DNA of 64,000 nucleotides from Escherichia coli (GTDB lineage Bacteria; Pseudomonadota; Gammaproteobacteria; Enterobacterales; Enterobacteriaceae): NCBI RefSeq assembly GCF_030384885.1, contig NZ_CP128613.1; one strand, 5' to 3'. Shown piece by piece: positions 1 to 11,700 of this stretch (position 1 is its first letter; each line of letters starts with the position of its first letter). The notes under the pieces were generated by a model. It saw only the letters and a program-made list of their open reading frames with translations, ran no database searches and was not told where the DNA came from. The position numbers and the translations under genes were made by a program.

Positions 1-828
1 ACATTAGTCACAATGACTATGCAGGATCACGCAACATTAAAAGAAATAAAAGATTTAGCGAAGAACATAACACAGCGATACGGTACGCCGGATCTTTGTA
101 TAGAGGCGATGCGTAAAAAGAACCTGAAAACGATGTTATTTATCAGTCAGTTGAAAGCAAAAACGAATTTTCAGGTTGTCGGTTTAACCATGAAGTGCTA
201 TTCCCCTTTGTGTAAGAACGCGTCCCGGATGGATCAGAATCTCAGGGCTCCCGTACCCATGACATGGGCGTTTATGATGCGTGAAGCGGGTTTTCCTGCA
301 GTCAGGCCAATATATGAATTACCATTAAGCGAGCAGGTAATAAATGAAGTACGTGAGGAATTGTGCACTTTAGGATCTTACATTGCGCTTAATTTAGATG
401 GCAGCGTGCAGGAACGCACATTTTCGTTATCAGTAGCTGAGAAACTCATCGCCAAAATTCAAAGTGATAATGATATGCCAATAGTCATTGTTCATGGACC
501 AAAAGGGGAAGATAAAGCCCGGAAATTAGCGGGTTGTTATAATAATGTCTACCGGCTATCCTTATCACCCTCGATTAAACGTTCAGCAGCAATCATAAAA
601 GATGCTTATATCGCAATAACCCCTGATACCTCAATATTACATATGGCAAGTGCCTATAATACCCCCGTCGTTGCAATTTATGCTGATTACAAAACGCGGT
701 GGCCTGCGATGGCAGATATCTCGGAGTCAGTGGTCGTTGGGCAAAAAATTGATCATATAAGTTTGGATGAATTCGGAAAGGCGCTAAAAAGTGCTTTGGA
801 GAGAGTATGTGCCAGTACTTACGTATAG
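1..828 (+). CDS. yeeL: Glycosyltransferase family 9 (heptosyltransferase-like) protein, probably 5'-partial at window edge
   Basis: ORF 13..828 with GT9-like C-terminal motif (ITPDTSILHMASAYNTPVVAIYA); frame is open back to base 1; lies next to yeeJ as in K-12. Confidence 0.45.
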   Translation, partial: TLVTMTMQDHATLKEIKDLAKNITQRYGTPDLCIEAMRKKNLKTMLFISQLKAKTNFQVVGLTMKCYSPLCKNASRMDQNLRAPVPMTWAFMMREAGFPAVRPIYELPLSEQVINEVREELCTLGSYIALNLDGSVQERTFSLSVAEKLIAKIQSDNDMPIVIVHGPKGEDKARKLAGCYNNVYRLSLSPSIKRSAAIIKDAYIAITPDTSILHMASAYNTPVVAIYADYKTRWPAMADISESVVVGQKIDHISLDEFGKALKSALERVCASTYV

Positions 829-1207
829 AAGGTAATGCCGATCTATGCTGAACAGGGGACATTAATACCCTGAGGTTGGTCAATCACCACAAAAAAAACC
901 TTTGAATCAAAGCAATACTCACCGAATAATAAGGCAACCTGAACTTAAATCCCCGTTAACTGGCATACATTATTATGACTTGCACTGATGTAATTAGCTA
1001 AATATTATCGTGATTTGACTAAATAGCAAAAATGATAGCTATCAAAAATAGCTCATATACTTTGTTTCCCGCTGCCGTAGAATAGATGGTCCTTCCATGT
1101 TTCAAGCATTTATTCAAAAAAAAGGGGGCTCGACTGTCTTACGATAAACAGAGAGGGATTGTAAAGTCGAGTGCCCCTAATGGAGCACTCTATAAAAAAA
1201 TCAACAA

Positions 1208-4200
1208 TCAAATGTTTTTATAACATGTCACATGAGAAAATCCAAGTTTTGCCATTACGCTTTGCTCACCTGTTGCCAGGGAAATTTCGTATTGTTCATT
1301 GGAGTTTGCGGGACTAGATGACCAATACATATCTGAATAAAAATCGGCTTCATTCATGTAATGCCCCATATCTCCCCATTCACTGTACAATGTCCCTATA
1401 CCTCGGGAACGACCCTGGCTTAAAAGGCTTGCACGGGGAAGCATGTAGCCATTGCTACTGCAAAAATTTTCAGCAAGGCTGTATATCATGAAAGAATCGC
1501 CGGAGTTTACCCACCAACTCTTCACCCGGATTTCGTATATATAGCCAGGGCCTCCTGATTTTGGCGTCGCTGTAATCGTTACCCAACTGCTTCCGACATT
1601 TTTAAATGTCACTTTACCGGTAGCGTCAACATCGACCCAGGAGGCAGAGCTTGAAAACTCATAATCAGCCGCCGTTTTGCCCGGGGAAAAGTTGTCATTA
1701 TTCAACTGATAATAAGCCCCAGTGAACCCCTGCGAAGGGAATGTAGTTGTCGGTAGGTTAGCACCATTGACTAACACGGTACCGCTCATTATTTTGTCTT
1801 CTGCGCGAGTGAATTGTATTGTGGTACTCAGACCCGCTTGATGAACACCATTCAATACAGGGATCAGCGTTGCGATACCCTCTCCGCCTCCTATAACAGT
1901 GGCTTTGTAATCACCGTTGATATTTTGACTGTAATCAATTGCGCTAATTTTCACATAGGGCACGTTAGTACCTGATTGCACAAATTCCATCCCTTCAGAA
2001 ACTTTGATCGGATTGCCTGATATATCGTGCAAAACAAGATGTAGCTCAGCACTATCGGTATAGTCCCCTTTTAGTGATGACCGATTGTTCTTAAGGACGG
2101 ACTGCGAGGCGTCTGCCGGGCCTGCCACCAGCGTTATATTAGCTGTTTGCGTTGCACCTGTGCTCGTTCCTGCACTAACAGTTACGCTCCCAGTTCGCGC
2201 ACTTTTCAAGGTGGTTGTCGCAAATCCGTGTTGATCGGTCACCGCTGTTAATGACCCTAATGTGGCAGAGCCACTTTTTAATGCGAAGTTCACATTGACG
2301 CCTTCGACTTGGTTACCACTGCCGTCCTCAACAGTAGCCTTCAGCGTGCTGATATCGCTGTCGTTGGCAGTGATAGTTGACGGATCAGCGCTCAGGCTGA
2401 CCACATGGGCTGTGCTTTGGTTGCCAGTAACTTTCACGATTGTCTGCGCCTGAATAATTACGCCACTAGTGATAGATGCTGTAACCGTATACGTACCGAC
2501 TTTATTGCTGGTCAGAACGACTTGTGCCTCCCCGGAAGGATTGGTTTTCATTGTTTCGCTACTTAACGTTGCATCTTCTGGCGTTACGCTAAAGGTAACG
2601 AGTTCATTGTTCACTGGGGCCCCATTTGGATTGGTTAGCCTTACTGTCAGAGTTGAACCTAATGGGTCATTGATGCCGATAAGTGGACTTGATGCTGTGA
2701 GTGTCAGTTTTAAATCGATTACCACCAGGTCCTTCTCATAAGAGGAGCCATTCGCCAGGGATGCTTGCACAGTATACGAACCGTATCTATTGGGCGTCAT
2801 GGTGACCTCGGCTATACCCTGTGTATTCGTAGAGACCGTATCCTGACTAATGACCATGTTAAAAAATGACGGCTCTGCACTGAATGTCACAAGCTGTTCA
2901 GAAACTGGATTGCCAAACTGGTCGTCGACGTGCGCTTTAACCGCCAGGGGGGTTGCGACCATAACCTGACCTTCAGGCATTTCCAGACTGGTGATCGTCG
3001 CAGAATCAGCATCTGCTTTGACAGTCAACGTTTGCATGATGGTATCTGTAGGTGCATTTGCCAGATTAGCCACAACAATTTTCGTCCCTGCAATGGTGCT
3101 TGTTACAAGAATTTCTGCCTTACCCTGAGCATCTGTTTCAGCGGTGGTGTTACTCAGCGTGGCGGATAAGCCGCGGAAATTGACCTTGATGCCTTCTAAT
3201 GGATTGTCATAAGCGTCAGTGACACTTGCCGTCAGGGTCGCACCCTCGGTTGTGCTGGCGATTAATGAGCTTGATGATGCGGTAAAATCAGCCAGTTTAG
3301 CGGTACTCGCATCGGCAAGCAAAGTCACCGGCCTCGTATCACTGACACCATAACTGTCCACGCTGACCGTCACGGGATAGGTGCCGGACTTCGTACCGCT
3401 TAGTGTAACTTCCGCCTTGCCGTTGATGTCAGTAATGGCGGAACCGCCTTCTCCAAGAGTGAAGCTTGCACTCACATCTGCCGGTAGTGTGAATGTCACC
3501 GGCTCATTGGCTAACGGGTTGCCGTGTCCATCAGTCACCGTTGCCTGAAGTTGGGTCATCCCAACGTTATTGGCGATAAAGTTGTTCTCGGTAACGTTCA
3601 GATTAACCTGCGCTGTGAGCGTATCCGCAATAAAGTTCACCACCAACTGCTCACTCTTACCGCCAGCCATCGCTGCTGTCACGGTATGTGCTCCTGCTTT
3701 TGTACCTTTCAGTGTGACTTTCGCTTTGCCTTCAGCATCAGTAACCGCTTTACCGCCATCGCTCAGCGTGAAGTTTGCCCTCACATCTTCCGGGAGAGTA
3801 AATGTTACTTCAGTGTTGGCTATCGCATTGCCCTCTGTATCTGCGACTGTTGCTGTTAATGTCGTGAGATCGTTATTGTCGGCAATCACCGGATCTTTTG
3901 AGGCTCCCAGCGTGATTTCAGCATTCGCCACGTTCGGCACATAGGTCACTGTTTGTTGTATCGAATCGCCATTGTCGAGCGTTGCCGTCACTTGATAAAC
4001 CCCGGCTTTTGTAGCGGTAAAGCTTGCGTAAAAATGGCCGTAGGAGTTGGTAGTATATATAGCGTTATTACTGGGGGTCACACCTTCACTTGGCGAAACG
4101 CTGATGGTCACCTTATGTTGGGGTACACCGTTTCCGTAATTATCGTTTACCACAACATACAGATCGGTCGTGTTGCCTGCGGAGACTGTATCAGTAAGTG

Positions 4201-5290
4201 CTTGTAACAAGGTGATATGTGCCGTAGACGCATCAGCGTTGACATTAATTGATGTGCTAAGCGTGGAGCTACCATTTTCCAGACTGGCCTCAACGGTATC
4301 CGGCCTCCCTCCTGATTCTGCCGAGGAACGGGTATTGGTATAAGTGACGGTTGCCTTACCCTGTTCGTTCGTTACGGCTTGGCCGCCATTCGTCATTTCA
4401 GCAGAGTTTGTACTGCTGGTGAAACTCACAGTTACACCTTTCACCGGAAAGCTATTATTATCAACGACTGTCGCGGTGATGACGCTGCCGGTGCTATTCT
4501 GCGGGGTACCAGCGATTATGCTGTTTGGGACAGACGTCAACCCAATAATTTTTGCCGCAGCTGTGTCGCCAATAAAGTGCACAGTTTTGTGGTCGCTGGC
4601 ACCATTATTAGCAAGTGATACAGTGACCGTCTGCTCACCAAAGGCAACGCCTACGAGAGTGGCCTGCGCGATGCCAGACTCATTGGTATTACTCTCCCCT
4701 GGGGTGAGGGTGAGGCCTGAAGAGGCTGAGCTGAATGTTACCGGAAGATTGTTCACCTCATTGTCGAACTGGTCTTTAACCGTTGCAGTTAACGTTGCAC
4801 TATCGACGCCATTACCCGTGATCTCATCTTTTGACATCTGCAGGGCAACCTGAGCCGAGGTTTTGTCTGCCACAAATGTTACCGGCTGCGATTCACTGGC
4901 ATTGTTATTAATCAGCGTCGCGGTAACTGTATGCGTGCCCGCTTTTTTACCTTTGAGGGTGACATGCGCTTCCCCATTGGCTTGGGTGACGGTAATACCG
5001 TTATTTTCAAGGGTAAAGTTTGCCGCGACGTCTTGTGGCATGGTGAAATTCACCGCTATCCCCGCCACCGGATGATTCGACGGATCTTTCACTGTAGCTG
5101 TCAGCTGCACACTGTCGCTGTTATTCGTCACCACCTGGTGAGCAGGAATGTTCAGCGTGAGCCGCGCGTTGCTGGCATCGGGAGCAATATTGACTGTCTT
5201 CGAATCGCTATTGCCGTTAGGCAGAGTGGCTTCGGCTGTATGAACACCCAATACCGCGCCTTTTAGGGTAACTTCAGCAAACCGCCATGG
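1208..5290 (-). pseudogene. yeeJ: 5'-truncated inverse-autotransporter adhesin (YeeJ-like, tandem Big_1 Ig-like repeats)
   Basis: 1347 aa ORF made of repeated Ig-like modules (..VTLKGTKAGTHTVTA..); Ig-repeat frame continues upstream of the first start to a stop at 5294-5296; no signal peptide, LysM or beta-barrel region; K-12 YeeJ recalled as about 2358 aa. Confidence 0.65.
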
Positions 5291-5535
5291 CAGCTAATAT
5301 GCTGGGTGTTGACGTCATTAATCTCGCTAATGAAGGTTGTTTGTGCCTGTTTGTTGAACCTGAGTATGCTCAGAAGGTACTACATTTGCTGCAGGAGCAT
5401 CCTGTCGGCAAGCACGCGACAATTATCGGCGAGATCACCGCTGTCTCGGGTACTGAAGTCTATATGATTGAAGCTGATGGAACACACACAGAAGTCGAGG
5501 AATTATATGGCGCAGAATTACCCAGACTCTGTTGA
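5272..5535 (+). pseudogene. HypE-like (PurM superfamily) C-terminal fragment ending in PRLC
   Basis: Open frame from 5272 ends ...ELYGAELPRLC*, matching the HypE C-terminal PR(I/L)C carbamoyl-acceptor cysteine motif; only about 85 codons remain. Confidence 0.5.
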
Positions 5536-7885
5536 GCTTCACGAGACGCCGGAAACCCGGCGTTACCGCATCTGTGGGGTCGTTCAGGGCGTTGGATTTC
5601 GTCCCTTTGTTCACCGACTGGCCCGCACCTATGGTGCCACCGGCTGGGTGTTAAACGATTCAGAAGGCGTGTTGCTTGAGCTGCAGGCATCCGGCACGGT
5701 TATTGCCAGAATCATGGACAAACTGGTGACCGAGGCACCACCACTGGCAAAAATCATCAGTACGCAGGAAGTTAGCCCAACGGATACCAGAGCGCACTAT
5801 GAAACGTTCAGCATCCGTAAAAGCCGCGATCATACCAGCATGGACACGATTATCCCGCCAGATACCAACGTCTGCAGCGATTGCCTGCGCGAGATAAGCG
5901 ATCCTGATAATCATCGTTATCGTTACGCTTTCACCAATTGCACCAATTGTGGGCCGCGCTATTCCATTATTCTTGGTATGCCTTACGATCGTGCCCAGAG
6001 CACTATGCGTAAATTCCCTTTATGTCCAACCTGTGAGCGTGAATACAACGATATTGAGGATCGACGCTATCATGCCCAGCCCAATGCCTGCCCAGTTTGC
6101 GGCCCACAGTTGCAACTTACCGATCGACAGGGCACATCCGTTCACACAGATGATATTGTCAAATTTGCCATTACGAAACTAAAAGAAGGCGGAATTCTTG
6201 CAATAAAGAGCCTTGGTGGCTTTCATCTCGTGGCCGATGCTTGCAATGAGAATGCTGTCAATGAACTTCGGCAACGCAAGCGAAGAGACGCCAAACCTTT
6301 TGCAGTGATGGTCGCGGATGTGGAAAGCGCGTCGCGTATTGCTTTCATCCCCCCCTGTAATCACAAATTGCTGGAAAGCCCGCAGCGTCCCATTGTCTTG
6401 TTGTATAAGCGCAACGTCCTGCTGGCGAGTACCGTTGCGCCACATAATCCGAACATCGGTGTAATGCTGCCTTCAACGCCGCTTCAGCATTTATTGCTGG
6501 AAGACCCGTCTCTGCCGATCCTGATTATGACCAGCGGTAATATTTCCGGTCATCCGATCGTCTTTGACAACGACATGGCAATTAAGCAACTCGGGAAAAT
6601 CGCGGATTACTTCATTCTGAATAATCGCGATATTCATACGCGTGTTGACGATTCGGTGGTCCGCACGGTGTTTCGCAACGACGCCATTACCTCGCAGCTA
6701 TCGTTTTTGCGCCGCTCCCGCGGTTACGCGCCATACCCTATTCATCTACCTTACGCAGTGGATTCCGTTATCGCGCTCGGGGCGGAGCTAAAAAACACGA
6801 TCAGCATCGGCAAAGGAAAACAGGTTTTTCTGAGCCAGCATATTGGCGATCTTAAGAATAACGTGACTTTTAAATCACATATCGAATGTATTGATCATCT
6901 TCAAAACCTGCTGAACGTGAAGGCAAATGTCGTGGCCTGCGATTTGCATCCCTCTTTCCGCTCTACCCGGCATGCGCTGGAGAATTTAGAGCATCAGGTT
7001 GTTCAGGTTCAACACCATCACGCGCATATGGCATCCTGCATGGCGGAAAATGGCCTGTCAGGTACTACTCTAGGCGTAATTTTTGACGGTACAGGATATG
7101 GCACCGACGGCACCATTTGGGGCGGTGAGTTTCTCGTTGGTGATTTCGAAAAATTCGAGCGTGCAGGATGCTTGCGTTCAATGACCCTGCCCGGAGGCGA
7201 TCGGGCAGTTAAAGAGCCGCTGCGCGTCGGCATCTCCTTACTGGTGGAAACCTTCGGCGAAGATATCAGTACGCTCGCAGTACCAGGCTTGCAGGCGCTC
7301 CAGCCTCAGCAGCGCGATATATTCAGTAAAATGGCGACCAGAAAAATCAACACCACCACGACCAGCAGCATGGGCAGACTATTTGACGGCATCGCCGCGC
7401 TGATGGGCGTTTGCACTCAGGTGGAGTACGAAGCCCAGGCGGCCATTGAACTGGAAGCGCTGCTGCAGTGTAAACTTCATATGACGGCTCCGTTCAGCTA
7501 CATCATTGCCGATGTCGAGAATAAGCTCGAGGTGGATTATCGCCCGATGATAAGGGAACTGGTGCAATGCTTCAGCCAGCCCGGTTTTGATATGGCCGAA
7601 CTAAGTCGGCGCTTTCACTCTACCATCGTCGACATGATTTGCGAGGTCTGTAAACGTCTGGTGGCACGCTCAGGCACGCAACAAATTGTCCTGAGCGGCG
7701 GCGTGTTCTGCAATGAATTCATCCTCGTTAATTCTCTTAACAGTCTGGAGTCTTGTGGATTCCGGCCTTACAGCCATCAGTTAGTTCCGACTAACGATGG
7801 TGGTATTTCATTGGGGCAAGTGGTTATTGCTACCGCATACACTCGCGCAACGCGCAATAAAAATCTGGAGAGAGAAAATGCATAG
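5507..7885 (+). CDS. HypF-like carbamoyltransferase (acylphosphatase + 2 Zn-finger + YrdC + Kae1-like domains)
   Basis: VQGVGFRPFV acylphosphatase signature, two CxxC..CxxC Zn-finger pairs, YrdC-like and Kae1-like C-terminal regions; ATG at 5507 overlaps the HypE-like stop. Confidence 0.75.
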   Translation: MAQNYPDSVELHETPETRRYRICGVVQGVGFRPFVHRLARTYGATGWVLNDSEGVLLELQASGTVIARIMDKLVTEAPPLAKIISTQEVSPTDTRAHYETFSIRKSRDHTSMDTIIPPDTNVCSDCLREISDPDNHRYRYAFTNCTNCGPRYSIILGMPYDRAQSTMRKFPLCPTCEREYNDIEDRRYHAQPNACPVCGPQLQLTDRQGTSVHTDDIVKFAITKLKEGGILAIKSLGGFHLVADACNENAVNELRQRKRRDAKPFAVMVADVESASRIAFIPPCNHKLLESPQRPIVLLYKRNVLLASTVAPHNPNIGVMLPSTPLQHLLLEDPSLPILIMTSGNISGHPIVFDNDMAIKQLGKIADYFILNNRDIHTRVDDSVVRTVFRNDAITSQLSFLRRSRGYAPYPIHLPYAVDSVIALGAELKNTISIGKGKQVFLSQHIGDLKNNVTFKSHIECIDHLQNLLNVKANVVACDLHPSFRSTRHALENLEHQVVQVQHHHAHMASCMAENGLSGTTLGVIFDGTGYGTDGTIWGGEFLVGDFEKFERAGCLRSMTLPGGDRAVKEPLRVGISLLVETFGEDISTLAVPGLQALQPQQRDIFSKMATRKINTTTTSSMGRLFDGIAALMGVCTQVEYEAQAAIELEALLQCKLHMTAPFSYIIADVENKLEVDYRPMIRELVQCFSQPGFDMAELSRRFHSTIVDMICEVCKRLVARSGTQQIVLSGGVFCNEFILVNSLNSLESCGFRPYSHQLVPTNDGGISLGQVVIATAYTRATRNKNLERENA

Positions 7886-8618
7886 TTCTGCGAACCGTAT
7901 TGCCGCTGTTTTATTCGATATGGATGGTGTCCTTATTGATTCCAATGCGGTGATTGAGCGCGGCTGGGCTGAAGGCGCACAGATGTTTGGCAAGACGCTA
8001 ACGGAAGAGGATATCGTCAGGCATATTCACGGACAGCCCGGCCCGCATACCATTCGCGCCCTGTTCAGCGACCTTTCCCTGGAAGATCAAAAGAAGGTCC
8101 AGTCACATATCATCCACGTTGAAAATACCGCTGATTACGACCCGATCCCTGGAGTTAGCGAACTTATCCAGGCGTTGCATAAGGCTGGCATCAGTGTGGG
8201 GATTGTCACTAGCGGCTGGCGGTCGAAAATCGATCGTATTATGGAGATGCTGCAAATCACGCCCTGTATTTCAGTGATTGTCGAACGTGATGATGTCGTG
8301 CGCGGCAAGCCTTATCCCGATCCTTATCTGCTTGCCGCAGAGCGGTTTCATCTTGCACCGTCCAGAACACTGGTCTTTGAGGATTCAAGAAGCGGCGTAA
8401 CATCTGCTGTTACAGCAGGCGCAATTTGTGTTGGCATCGGTACAGACAGTCTGAAAGAGTGCGGTGCCGTGCTTGCAATTACAGATTTTCGTAATGTGAA
8501 AATCACCTCACAGACAGGCGAAAAAGTAGTGATTGCCTTTACTCCAGAGCACCAGATGGAGATGGAAACTCAGAGCTCTCGTAAGAAAACATCCTGTACC
8601 ACAAGAGAAGAGTGCTAA
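7878..8618 (+). CDS. HAD-superfamily hydrolase (beta-phosphoglucomutase/phosphatase-like)
   Basis: N-terminal AAVLFDMDGVLIDS HAD motif I; RBS gagagag before ATG 7878; start overlaps the HypF-like stop. Confidence 0.7.
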   Translation: MHSSANRIAAVLFDMDGVLIDSNAVIERGWAEGAQMFGKTLTEEDIVRHIHGQPGPHTIRALFSDLSLEDQKKVQSHIIHVENTADYDPIPGVSELIQALHKAGISVGIVTSGWRSKIDRIMEMLQITPCISVIVERDDVVRGKPYPDPYLLAAERFHLAPSRTLVFEDSRSGVTSAVTAGAICVGIGTDSLKECGAVLAITDFRNVKITSQTGEKVVIAFTPEHQMEMETQSSRKKTSCTTREEC

Positions 8619-9811
8619 TGAATATCACACAGAAGGGACGCTGGGCTGTCACTATGCTATTTTTTATCAATGGCTTCGTCACCGGAGGTTGGGCTGTGCA
8701 AATTGCACAGCTTGTACCACGCTTTGGCGTGACCGACAAAGTGATCGGCCATTTAATTCTGATCTTCGGATTCGGTGCACTAACCATGATGCCCATATCA
8801 GGCATTCTGATGGAAAAGATGGGGACACAAATCGTAACGCGTATTTTTGCCCTTGCAGCCTCCCTGGCATTAATTCCGGTTGGTTTAGCCACCACCCCAT
8901 TAGTGTTGATGCCAGCGTTATTTGTTCTTGGTGCGATGATTGGTGCCATGAATGTAGCGATGAACTCGAATGCCGTGGCGGTGGAGAGATCACTCTCACA
9001 AGCGATTTTATCCTCCTGCCATTGCTTCTGGAGTATCGGCCTATTTGCGGCGGGCTCGATAGGCGGCCATCTTGTTGAACAATTTGGCTTTTTGACGCAT
9101 ATCTTTTTGATTAGTGCCGTGGCCTTAATACTGACGCTGATTATCGCTCCGGCCATTTTTAAAGACATACAGACGGTTAAATCCACCAGCAGACAGACCA
9201 CCCGGTTGCCTCGTTCTCCGGCGATTTATCTGATTGGATTGATGGCTTTTCTGGCCATGATCCCTGAATGCGCTGTTGTTGACTGGTCGTCACGCTATTT
9301 GATTAAAAATCTCAATGCAAAAACAGAAATCGCCAGCCTTGCCTTCGCCTGCTTTGCTGTAGCAATGGCCTTGTTTCGCTTTATGGGTGACGTGATCCGC
9401 AACCGCTTCGGCGCAATATTAATTATACGAGTCTCCAGCTTACTGGCAGGCGCTAGCCTATTGTTGAGCGCACTGGCACACAATCCCTGGCAGGCGATCT
9501 GCGCATTTACCTTAGCGGGAATCGGCATCGCCAACCTTGTGCCCATTGTCTTTTCCGCAGCGGGAAATCAGCCCAATATTTCCACCAACACAGGAATGAG
9601 CATTGCCACAACCATTGGGTATTTAGGCACGCTAATGGCCCCTGCGCCTATTGGCTATATTGCGGAAATAACCGGTTTTCCAGTGGTTTATTGCGGACTA
9701 GCTTTCATGTCGGGAATTATCTTTTTGCTGGCACCACTGGTTCGGGGGGCAGAAATCTCTGTACAGCGGCAGCGAGCCTCAAACAAACACCAGAATACCG
9801 GAGCGTTGTAA
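8618..9811 (+). CDS. MFS-type membrane transporter
   Basis: About 398 aa, highly hydrophobic with roughly 12 predicted helices; start overlaps the HAD stop (translational coupling). Confidence 0.65.
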   Translation: MNITQKGRWAVTMLFFINGFVTGGWAVQIAQLVPRFGVTDKVIGHLILIFGFGALTMMPISGILMEKMGTQIVTRIFALAASLALIPVGLATTPLVLMPALFVLGAMIGAMNVAMNSNAVAVERSLSQAILSSCHCFWSIGLFAAGSIGGHLVEQFGFLTHIFLISAVALILTLIIAPAIFKDIQTVKSTSRQTTRLPRSPAIYLIGLMAFLAMIPECAVVDWSSRYLIKNLNAKTEIASLAFACFAVAMALFRFMGDVIRNRFGAILIIRVSSLLAGASLLLSALAHNPWQAICAFTLAGIGIANLVPIVFSAAGNQPNISTNTGMSIATTIGYLGTLMAPAPIGYIAEITGFPVVYCGLAFMSGIIFLLAPLVRGAEISVQRQRASNKHQNTGAL

Positions 9812-10367
9812 TTTCTGCCTGGCAAATACTGTGAAACGCTGACGCAAATTTTACTTTCCTGCGTATTGTCATCACAGGCCGTACAGACAGTGCGCGGTCT
9901 GTTGGCGGATCTGCCTGGTATTTTGCCGATGAACTGAGGGCGTCCTGCGGGATACGTATCGCCAGGGGCGTGAAACTAATTGATGAGGTGGCGGCATGAT
10001 GCCGGCGGACTAGCATATCTGCCTTTCGCCGCCTGACATGTCCTTTGGGGCCGCTGTCAGTTCAGAGTAAAGGAGAAAAAGATCGATACCGAGGGGGGGC
10101 ACGACGCCCCGGAGACACCCCTGTTTCGTCAGACAGTCTGTACCGCGTACAGCCTGAAACTCCCTAAACCTCAACAAACTGCCACTTCGACGTGAAGGTA
10201 TCGTTCTGGCGCAGCCAAAAAGCACATGCCGGAGACTGTTTTTTAGGTTGTAGAGGGTAGTCATGAGCAAATTAAGTAGTGAAATGAAGGCCCTGACGAA
10301 GAAAGCAGGCGGCAGCTTCAAAACGGTAAATGACCGTATCCATATTACAAAACGGTTCAGTGAGCAT

Positions 10368-10667
10368 TTACGCGAACTGAACATCCAGATCCGGCGGGTA
10401 TGCGCCAAGACTGACTCTGGATTCTTTTCCGTTGAAACGATATTTGAGATACCAGATGCGTGAACCGCCCGGATTGACGAGCAGATACAGACCGTGAGAG
10501 TCGGAGAGTTTTACCGGACGGGAAGAGGTTTTTAACTTGCGGATTTTAGAATCGTTTAAAGACATTTGGGGGTCACTCCAGAATCGAACCAAACTGACCC
10601 CAGATCTGACCACCAAATTATCCCGATGCGGAGAGAAAACCAGATACGCACCGGGGAGGATTTTCAC
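10368..10667 (-). pseudogene. P4-type tyrosine integrase, N-terminal fragment only
   Basis: 99 aa ORF with P4-integrase N-terminal motif (KLSDSHGLYLLVNPGGSRIWYLKYRFNGKE); sits directly at the asnT 3' end; downstream frame is not integrase-like. Confidence 0.6.
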
Positions 10668-10726
10668 GCTAACTTACTGAACCGTAAACAAATAGAGATG
10701 TACAGATAAGCATGAAAACTTGAATT

Positions 10727-10802
10727 TGGCTCCTCTGACTGGACTCGAACCAGTGACATACGGATTAACAGTCCGCCGTTCTACCGACTGAACTACAGAG
10801 GA
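10727..10802 (-). tRNA. asnT: tRNA-Asn
   Basis: Reverse complement matches E. coli tRNA-Asn (TCCTCTGTAGTTCAGTCGGTAGAACGGCGGACTGTTAATCCG...GAGCCA). Confidence 0.9.
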
Positions 10803-10902
10803 ATCGTGTGAACAGGGCGCATGTTACTTAGCGGTACCTTGTCTGTCAACACTAAATTTCATAAGTCATTTCAATTGGTTAATTAATCTGCAAAGTTGTT
10901 AA

Positions 10903-11700
10903 TTAATGAACATTCGTCGCCGAAAACGAGTCTGTATCATTAGCGTGATGCAGTCTCTGCAAAGGATCTTGTTGATAAAATTGGCAGAAACGTTGCCACA
11001 ATGAAGGGAAACGAGGAGCAAAAAGCTCAGGGGCGCTAAAGAAATATTCAGAAAGTACGGCAAAACACTCAGCAGGATCACTGGCAGCATAAGCATCGAT
11101 GCTCGCCGCATTCTCACCGACTAATTCGATCTCTTCCTGAATGTTGTTCATTGCGGCATGAAGATCGTGTTCCCAGCCAGCAACCTCACGCAACGGAATA
11201 AAGGGAACTCCGCTGGCGCGATCGCCGTTACGGGTGTCCAGCTTATGAGCGACTTCATGAATAATCAGGTTAAAACCAGAAGCATCAAACGAATCTTGTA
11301 TATCCAACCAGTTCAAAACGATTGGCCCTTGCTGCCAGCTCTGACCTGACTGAACAATACGTTGGTTATGCACTAAACCGATATCGTCTTCCCACTCATC
11401 ATCGACTACAAATGGCGCAGGGTAAATTAAGACTTCATGAAAACCATCCAGCCATTCTAGCCCTAACTCCAGAACGGGCAGGCAAAATAGAAGGGCTATC
11501 CGGCAGCTTCTTAATGAATCCAGCTCAAAGCCCTGTAAGGGAACAAGCCGTTTTTGCTGTAAAAAACGTTCGGCAAGAGTGACTAATTTGCTTTGTTCCT
11601 GTTCTGTCAGGCACGTTAAAAGGGGAATCGATAGTGCTTCCTGCCAGGGAAGGGCAGTTTGATGTGCTGATTCTTGTACTTTCCAGGGCCACTTAATCAT
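10903..11700 (-). CDS. mtfA: Mlc titration factor A (DgsA anti-repressor)
   Basis: Protein [19 protein letters not shown]... 265 aa, recognised as MtfA; conserved position between asnT and serU. Confidence 0.85.
   Translation of the reverse strand: MIKWPWKVQESAHQTALPWQEALSIPLLTCLTEQEQSKLVTLAERFLQQKRLVPLQGFELDSLRSCRIALLFCLPVLELGLEWLDGFHEVLIYPAPFVVDDEWEDDIGLVHNQRIVQSGQSWQQGPIVLNWLDIQDSFDASGFNLIIHEVAHKLDTRNGDRASGVPFIPLREVAGWEHDLHAAMNNIQEEIELVGENAASIDAYAASDPAECFAVLSEYFFSAPELFAPRFPSLWQRFCQFYQQDPLQRLHHANDTDSFSATNVH

Noticed and set aside
2262-5266. Numerous 60-170 aa ORFs on the plus strand inside yeeJ
   Set aside because: Antisense shadow ORFs within a long repetitive coding region; no RBS or independent signal
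5507-7885. Hydrogenase maturation operon
   Set aside because: No hypC/hypD or hydrogenase structural genes in the window; the locus is reported as a HypF-like paralogue of uncertain role instead
8539-9201. 220 aa minus-strand ORF overlapping the MFS transporter gene
   Set aside because: Antisense to a clearly coding hydrophobic gene; taken as spurious
10010-10408. 132 aa ORF overlapping the integrase stump
   Set aside because: Not integrase-like and no start context; probably non-coding remains of the deleted integrase region
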